Assembly: GCA_965207445.1 (NCBI GenBank)
Contig: CBDBLX010000002.1
Coordinates: forward strand, 1,399,849 to 1,463,848
Reading direction: 5' to 3'
Source: Nitrosopumilus sp.
Lineage (GTDB): Archaea; Thermoproteota; Nitrososphaeria; Nitrososphaerales; Nitrosopumilaceae
DNA length: 64,000 bases
A program made the translations under genes and the position numbers. A model generated the notes under the pieces. That model ran no database searches. It was not told the origin of the DNA and worked only from the letters and a program-made list of their open reading frames with translations. Positions 53,488 through 64,000 of the stretch are shown here, piece after piece. The stretch's first letter is position 1; every line of letters begins with the position of its first letter.

Positions 53488-53675
53488 GCGTGTTGCATAA
53501 TTCATAAATTTATACTCCTCTGGGGTCGTGTCCATGGGATGAGCCGCGCAACCTACATTACACGATTCAAAGCCACTCAAATGCTCTATAAACTGGACAG
53601 AAATACCTGCAAGCCTGCCGAGTCATATTGCAACGGTGTCGTCTTACAAGATGCGCATCGAATTATGCAACACGC
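53488..53675 (+). mobile_element. MITE family B (188 bp)
   Basis: Perfect 16-bp TIR GCGTGTTGCATAATTC / GAATTATGCAACACGC. Confidence 0.9.
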
Positions 53676-53950
53676 CACACACTTTTTTTTGCATTATATC
53701 ACAATTTCAGTGATTTATGATATAGTAATGTGTGTCCATACCTAGCCCACATGGTATAGAGAGTGGTGGAGAGGGGAGTGGACACGTTACCGCATTGCAG
53801 ATTTGGATCGCAGAGATGCTGCAAATGATGACAACACTACACCACCCACACCTCACAAGACAATGAGTTGACATGTTACTCTCAAACAGGGTTTCTAGTA
53901 CAAAAAAGGACACAATGGTATTCACAAGACAATAAGTTGACTTTTTACTC

Positions 53951-55036
53951 TCAAACAGAGCATCGTATAATGGCATAGTCAATTATACCCGAATCAGATG
54001 CTTTTTTCATCTTTCTCATAGATTTTATGATAACAGATTTCATATACAAAGGATATTGCATCTCTGTGATTAAACGGTTTATCTGTGTCTGGTTGTTTGT
54101 ATAATAGTTAGCAAGTGGTCCATACACATTCTTGCCAATAAGTTTCTCATTACATATCTTAAACCCACTATTTTGAATTGCTTTGTGTATGTGTTTTAAT
54201 GTATAATGTTCAGAGGCCCAAGTAAAGTTCAATATTCCAAGTCGTGTAAATGCCAAAAAGTCTTTGAGAATTATTGGAATGGCAATTATCAGCACACCAT
54301 TGTCAGTCAGAACTCTTTTTGATTCTACAATAAAGTTCTCAAATGGGTTAAAGTGTTGTGCAGATTCTAGTGCAACAACATAGTCAACACAATCAGATGC
54401 AAAAGGTAACATGGTAGCAGTTGCATTTGTCACATTACTGTTGTTGTTATTGTTGCGGTTGTAGTTGTTATTACTATTACTATTATTATTGCTAGTACTG
54501 TTATTATTGCTAGTACTGTTATTATTACTAGTGCTGTTATTATTGCTAGTGCTGTTATTATTGCCAGTACTATTACTGCCACTATTGTTGTTGTTATTAT
54601 TATTATTATTATGACAGGTGTTACAATGTATATCAAATAAATGATCAATGTCATTATAATTACGTGTAGATTTAATATTTTTTGTATAAATGTTGGATTT
54701 TACTGCATAGTATAGTTGCTTGTAACTAATATTTACACAATGAATATCCATATTTGGATAAAGTGATTTCCAATACATTGCAGGTGAGCAGAATCCACTT
54801 CCAACATCCAATACAGTATATTTAGAATTAGAGAAATCTGCAATATTTGCAATTATACGACACATGTTCTTTTGTGCAAGTGCAGGGGTATCATGAGAGT
54901 CATCCCAATATCCAAAATTAAGCATCGTATCATTTGTGATATTACACATAAGAGGTGAAAATGTTTCATACATTGTTGTAATATCTTTTGGATTTTTACG
55001 CAATGACCACATTATAAAATCAGAGACACTCAACAT
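53951..55036 (-). CDS. Class I SAM-dependent methyltransferase with a long Asn/Ser insertion
   Basis: LNFGYW, VLDVGSG, ATMLPF..DYVVALESAQHF; in-frame (SNNNST)n/polyN insert. Confidence 0.88.
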   Translation of the reverse strand: MLSVSDFIMWSLRKNPKDITTMYETFSPLMCNITNDTMLNFGYWDDSHDTPALAQKNMCRIIANIADFSNSKYTVLDVGSGFCSPAMYWKSLYPNMDIHCVNISYKQLYYAVKSNIYTKNIKSTRNYNDIDHLFDIHCNTCHNNNNNNNNNSGSNSTGNNNSTSNNNSTSNNNSTSNNNSTSNNNSNSNNNYNRNNNNNSNVTNATATMLPFASDCVDYVVALESAQHFNPFENFIVESKRVLTDNGVLIIAIPIILKDFLAFTRLGILNFTWASEHYTLKHIHKAIQNSGFKICNEKLIGKNVYGPLANYYTNNQTQINRLITEMQYPLYMKSVIIKSMRKMKKASDSGIIDYAIIRCSV

Positions 55037-55144
55037 AATGGGTAAAAAAGATATGCAGATATTAAATATTCAGGCATCATCATATGATAAGTGGTACGAT
55101 GTATATAATGGTGGAACTAGCATCATTGAGATCTTTGGATTATA

Positions 55145-55261
55145 CATACGGATATGATTATTAAAGATCCGATATTTTGATTGATATTCATCTCAAAGTT
55201 GAGCACATATTATGAATACAAAATATTAGAAAACTATCGGATCTTTAATGAAACTATTATG
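55145..55261 (-). mobile_element. MITE family C
   Basis: Inverted near-identical copy of 13502-13615. Confidence 0.8.
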
Positions 55262-55599
55262 CAATACAAAATACACACATGTATTCGGTCACATATCTAT
55301 TTGTATATCAAATATCATACATGCGCTACATTTGACTAGAATTATTTACAAATGAGTGTATAAATTATAAAGTTTGGTTCACACTAACTGACATGTGTAT
55401 AGACTATATGTCATTTTATTGGATCCTTTGATTGGAAAATATACCATTTAATTTTTTGTGTAACAAAATAAAATGATCGTATCAATTTTAAAAATTAAAA
55501 AAAGATGAGAATTTGCCAAGTCGTGCAATATATGGTGGTTGGTGGCTGAGCATTTGCGATACTAGTATTAGTATATCGCGCATGATCTCTATGTAAGTG

Positions 55600-58580
<2,981 letters not shown>

Positions 58581-58743
58581 ACCGGCATATTCAGCCACAT
58601 ATTACACGACCATGCACGACATCACAGCAAGTATCTTTTTTGGGATCGGTTCGATACCCGCTCAGTCCTTGATACGTCACCTTGATGACGTACTGCAGAA
58701 GATCATGTACAAAATAACAACACATCAAACCTAACAAAATCTA

Positions 58744-60214
<1,471 letters not shown>

Positions 60215-60536
60215 CTGATTTTATGATGATTATTTTTTTATACAAAAGTACGCATGTGTACAAATGTATGATTTTAGTTTGGAATTGATGGTTGTTATTG
60301 CACATAATCTTCACATCTCAGATATTGACCACTTGATCAAATCCTCATCTCTGTATGCGAGACTGGAGGCCTATGAATCATAACGTGGCATGTTGCCACA
60401 CTTCATCACAGGCGCCGCCTATTGCGAATCGCATGTAAATATTTAATCATCATAAAAAGGATATAAACCATACGTGTGGCATAATATGATCTTACAAATA
60501 AGAGAAAAGATCCCAACGAAGACAAACAAAAAAAAA

Positions 60537-60693
60537 TTTGTGTAAACCAAGCTCTATGATTTACATAATCATTTAAAATAACTCTTAGCTAAATACATTG
60601 TATGTACGATATATGATAGATAAACAGGAATGTGACCAAACACAGATTGTAATTTTATTATTGCGTTCAAAGAGCTTGGTTTACATAAAAATT
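60537..60693 (+). repeat. Repeat family D, best-preserved copy with inverted ends
   Basis: TTTGTGTAAACCAAGCTC ... GAGCTTGGTTTACATAAA. Confidence 0.7.
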
Positions 60694-61118
60694 TTAAGCA
60701 CGCATTAACAGTGCCTTAGTTAACATCACTAGTTAGTTAAAGTAATTCACAAATCATATCTCAGAGCAAATGTGTTGTAGGATTGTGTGTGTGGTTAGAT
60801 TTTAAAAGATTATATTAAAATTTTAATTTTAAGAATAATTGATGCAAAAATATTAGAGATGTTTTTTGAGTGTGTTTTAATATAACAGAATGTATTTTGA
60901 TACAATTAATAAAGTAGATATATTAAAATGATGATATAATGTTAAAATAATTGAGCATTTGAAAATGACAAGGTATTGAAAATGACAAGGTATTGAAAAT
61001 TACAGTATCATAAATACAAAAAAATAACAATCAAATGATAAATCATATCATCATATGTATTTGATCAAAGCCGCGAGGTTCTCTAACTTTAAATACGCAT
61101 ATGGGCAGTTCAAACTAA

Positions 61119-61249
61119 TGACTCACACCGTAGAAATCTCAGATGTATGTTACAAGAGTATAGAACGACTAGCAAAATCAGAACTTAGGACAGTTCCTGA
61201 AGTTGTGGAAAAAGCGCTAAACAAAGCAGTGATACGCGCATTCGAGTAA
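61119..61249 (+). CDS. Small RHH-like protein (start approximate)
   Basis: MTHTVEISDVCYKSIERLAKSELRTVPEVVEKALNKAVIRAFE. Confidence 0.55.
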
Positions 61250-61279
61250 CGTTATATAGAGAGTAAACAATAGTTACGC

Positions 61280-61372
61280 ATGCCAAAAAAACAGACATGC
61301 GATGAATGTGGTACAGAGTATGTACCTGATGGCATACATATATCACCTATCTGCCCTAGTTGTCGAAAGTAA
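61280..61372 (+). CDS. 30-aa zinc-finger microprotein, not in the ORF track
   Basis: MPKKQTCDECGTEYVPDGIHISPICPSCRK (two CxxC). Confidence 0.6.
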   Translation: MPKKQTCDECGTEYVPDGIHISPICPSCRK

Positions 61373-61568
61373 ATTGCATTATATCATTCAGTTAGACATC
61401 TATTATTAATAATAATAATAATAAAAATTATTATTTATAAAAATGTGGCATTATATTCACACAAGAGTGTTATCTACAATGATTCAGAGTGTTTTGCAAG
61501 TATTCACTCTATTAGAATAAAATTTCATCATCAATATAGTTAAAATTGTCAATCATATCAAACACGGC

Positions 61569-62927
61569 ATGAACAACACAAAAGTGTATCAAAAAAAGAC
61601 ACCCACATCAGCAAAAATATTTACAGAGTCCAAAAAACTTCATATCAATGGTGTATCTCACAATATAAGATATTTCAAGCCATATCCATTTGTCACAAAA
61701 TCAGCATCAAATAGTACATTGATAGATGTTGATCAAAACACATACACAGATTATTGGATGGGTCATTGGAGTCTCATACTAGGACATAAATCCGAACATG
61801 TAACAAAAGCTTTACACGATCAGATAGAGTCTGGATGGATGTATGGCACAGTCAATGAACAGACAATGAAACTATCACAGATGATCAAAAACGCAGTACC
61901 CATAGCTGAGAAGACGAGATACACCACATCAGGTACAGAGGCCACAATGTATGCAACAAGGATTGCACGTGCACATACAAAAAGAGACATAATTGCAAAG
62001 ATAGATGGCGGATGGCACGGGTATGGAACGGACTTGCTAAAGAGCGTGAATTGGCCATTTGATATAGGAGAGAGTAATGGTATGATAGGGGACGAAAAGA
62101 TAATCTCTATTCCGTACAATGACTTGGATGAGTCGATCAAGATACTAGCCAGATACAAGGAGAGGTTGGCAGGAATTATCATAGAGCCATTGCTTGGAGG
62201 TGCAGGGTGCATACCTGCATCAAAAGAGTATCTTAAAGGAATGCAAGAGTTCATACATCATAATGATTCATTATTTATACTAGATGAAATCGTCACTGGA
62301 TTTAGATTCAAATATGGATGCATGTATGATACCATGTCACTTGAGCCAGACATTATAACACTAGGTAAGATAATCGGGGGCGGTATGCCAATTGGAGCCA
62401 TATGTGGCACAGACGAGATAATGTCAGATGTAAATACTGTAATGGTAGATGTAAATGATAATAATAATAATAATAAAGAAAAAACAGAAACAAAAAACAA
62501 AGATCACACCTACATAGGAGGCGGGACGTTTTCTGCAAATCCAATCTCAATGACAGCGGGAAGTGCCACATTGAATTACCTGAAAAATAACAAAACCACA
62601 TATGACAAAATTAATGCAATGGGGTCCAAGGCCAGAAAAGGACTATGTGACATATTTGGCAATACTGCAATTATAACTGGAATTGGATCTACATTTATGA
62701 CTCATTTCCTCCCAACTATTGAGAACAAAAAATATACACATATTTCAAATGCTAAACAGGCTGCAATGTGCAATCAAGAAGAGTTGTACAAGTATCACTT
62801 TAAATTAATTGCACAAGATGGCATATTCATACTGCCAGGTAAGATGAGTGCAATATCAAGTGCTCACACTAACTCAGACATTGAGCAATTGATATTAGCA
62901 TCAGAAGATTATGTACGCAGCACATAA
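61569..62927 (+). CDS. hemL: Glutamate-1-semialdehyde 2,1-aminomutase
   Basis: SGTEATM, GGWHG, DEIVTGFR, LGKIIGGGMPIGA, GGTFSANP. Confidence 0.9.
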   Translation: MNNTKVYQKKTPTSAKIFTESKKLHINGVSHNIRYFKPYPFVTKSASNSTLIDVDQNTYTDYWMGHWSLILGHKSEHVTKALHDQIESGWMYGTVNEQTMKLSQMIKNAVPIAEKTRYTTSGTEATMYATRIARAHTKRDIIAKIDGGWHGYGTDLLKSVNWPFDIGESNGMIGDEKIISIPYNDLDESIKILARYKERLAGIIIEPLLGGAGCIPASKEYLKGMQEFIHHNDSLFILDEIVTGFRFKYGCMYDTMSLEPDIITLGKIIGGGMPIGAICGTDEIMSDVNTVMVDVNDNNNNNKEKTETKNKDHTYIGGGTFSANPISMTAGSATLNYLKNNKTTYDKINAMGSKARKGLCDIFGNTAIITGIGSTFMTHFLPTIENKKYTHISNAKQAAMCNQEELYKYHFKLIAQDGIFILPGKMSAISSAHTNSDIEQLILASEDYVRST

Positions 62928-63012
62928 CACACCAAAATGACTTGACATAAGAATCGTGTTTTAATAGATTCACAGTGCTTTGCTTTATTACAGAGACAGT
63001 TTGAGTGATATT

Positions 63013-63094
63013 GCCGGGATAGCCAAGTGGTAAGGCGGCCGTCTCGAAAACGGCTACGTGAAAGCGTGCAGGGGTTCGAATCCCTTTCCCGGCG
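63013..63094 (+). tRNA. tRNA-Ser(CGA)
   Basis: Acceptor GCCGGGA/TCCCGGC, anticodon arm GCCGT-CTCGAAA-ACGGC, long variable arm, GGTTCGAATCC. Confidence 0.95.
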
Positions 63095-63116
63095 CCGTCA
63101 CCAATATTGCAAGATG

Positions 63117-63584
63117 CTAGTTTATAATATCAAACACATGTGTTTTAAGGTCAGATACATACCAAATGGTTTTGTATTCAGAGTTTCGCTTTGGTATGAC
63201 GTTAATTGCAATATGTGAAAAACGTTGTGTGGAATCAATAGAGCCATGAGTATGCAAAGAGTTAGCAGGAATATGAACAACATCACCTTGTGAAAGTTGT
63301 ATGGATTTTACGCGCTTTATTGCAAATGATCGTTTTGCAGATGAATTTTCATCTAGACGTTCATAGAGAACAATACTGCCGCATCCTGCAGTTGCAATTA
63401 GGATTTGATTGCCATTGTGACTGTGAAGTTTGGTGCGTGAGCCAGACTCAAAGTGTACATGATATATATCATTACCAACTGACTCTATAATATCAGATAT
63501 TGAACGCATCCAAGTCTTGCCAGTAAACCACTCAGAGTTTATGTTTCTTTTATTGCCCCTACCACGTATGTTTGCTTTCTTCAT
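63117..63584 (-). CDS. Cupin domain protein
   Basis: WFTG, FESGSRTKLHSH..QIL, GDVVHIPANSLHTHG, FSHIAI. Confidence 0.9.
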   Translation of the reverse strand: MKKANIRGRGNKRNINSEWFTGKTWMRSISDIIESVGNDIYHVHFESGSRTKLHSHNGNQILIATAGCGSIVLYERLDENSSAKRSFAIKRVKSIQLSQGDVVHIPANSLHTHGSIDSTQRFSHIAINVIPKRNSEYKTIWYVSDLKTHVFDIIN

Positions 63585-63943
63585 ATCATCTCAAGTAGTT
63601 TTTTCTTTTTAGTTTGGAATTCACGATCTGTAATTAACCCCTTTTCTTTTAATTCGCCTAATTTTTCAATCAATTCTAAATCAGCCATAGTATTGTGTTT
63701 TAGTTTTTTTGCAGATTTGATGCCACTATCAAGTGTCTCTTTTGCTCTTTTTTGAATTTTGATATTCTCCTTTGTTGCACGCTGACTTAGTTTTTTACCA
63801 GTTTTGGTTGCCTCTTTGGCAGACATTGTTCCAACCTCTACTGCTTCGGCAAGTACTGCATCTGCCTTTTTCACACCTTCTTGAACTGCCGCATCGGCTT
63901 TTTTTAAAAATTTACCAATGTATCCATTAGATTCGGATCCCAT
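63581..63943 (-). CDS. SHOCT domain protein
   Basis: C-terminal IEKLGELKEKGLITDREFQTKKKKLL. Confidence 0.85.
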   Translation of the reverse strand: MGSESNGYIGKFLKKADAAVQEGVKKADAVLAEAVEVGTMSAKEATKTGKKLSQRATKENIKIQKRAKETLDSGIKSAKKLKHNTMADLELIEKLGELKEKGLITDREFQTKKKKLLEMI

Positions 63944-63983
63944 GTAATTTTATAATATTGTGTATGTAATAATCTTTTCTACA

Positions 63984-64000
63984 GTAACCGTACAACCCCT
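63984..64000 (+). mobile_element. Start of another family A MITE or IS66 end at the window edge
   Basis: GTAACCGTACAACCCCT. Confidence 0.6.

Noticed and set aside
58581..58743. tRNA in the 16S-23S spacer
   Set aside because: No cloverleaf; the sequence instead pairs with the 16S leader (processing stem)
63013..63094. tRNA-Ser as the att site of the island
   Set aside because: No duplicate of its 3' end seen elsewhere in the window and no integrase

Overview
This is an AT-rich archaeal window from an ammonia-oxidising thaumarchaeote (Nitrosopumilaceae-like). The assignment rests on the 16S-23S operon (short, tRNA-free spacer, no adjacent 5S) and typical core genes. The load of decayed IS elements, MITEs, restriction-modification (RM) genes and microsatellite expansions suggests a host-associated lineage, but that is inference. 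About 1-38.5 kb is an accessory island resembling an integrative conjugative element (ICE). It encodes a hybrid surface/DNA-transfer machine: a VirB4/CedB-like ATPase operon with a VirB2-like pilin and two translationally coupled type IV pilins, plus a TadA/VirB11 ATPase, a TadC/GspF platform, a third pilin, an A24 prepilin peptidase and two ~1300-aa membrane-anchored proteins. It also carries a TFB paralogue, a ParB-like protein, an OB-fold protein, small AbrB/RHH regulators and two type IIG RM enzymes, one apparently inside IS1595 ends. An intact IS110 sits in a TM0106-family nuclease gene and has a bridge-RNA-like twin repeat in its non-coding end. No integrase, relaxase or VirD4 is visible in the window. 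39-48 kb holds decayed IS66 and ISH3 elements, an EcoRV-like methylase with a truncated endonuclease, and a phaR-phaP-like pair. 48-64 kb is mostly core genome: msrA, DUF3179, a methyltransferase, 23S/16S rRNA, hemL, tRNA-Ser(CGA), cupin and SHOCT proteins. All family assignments come from motif recognition by eye; no searches were run.
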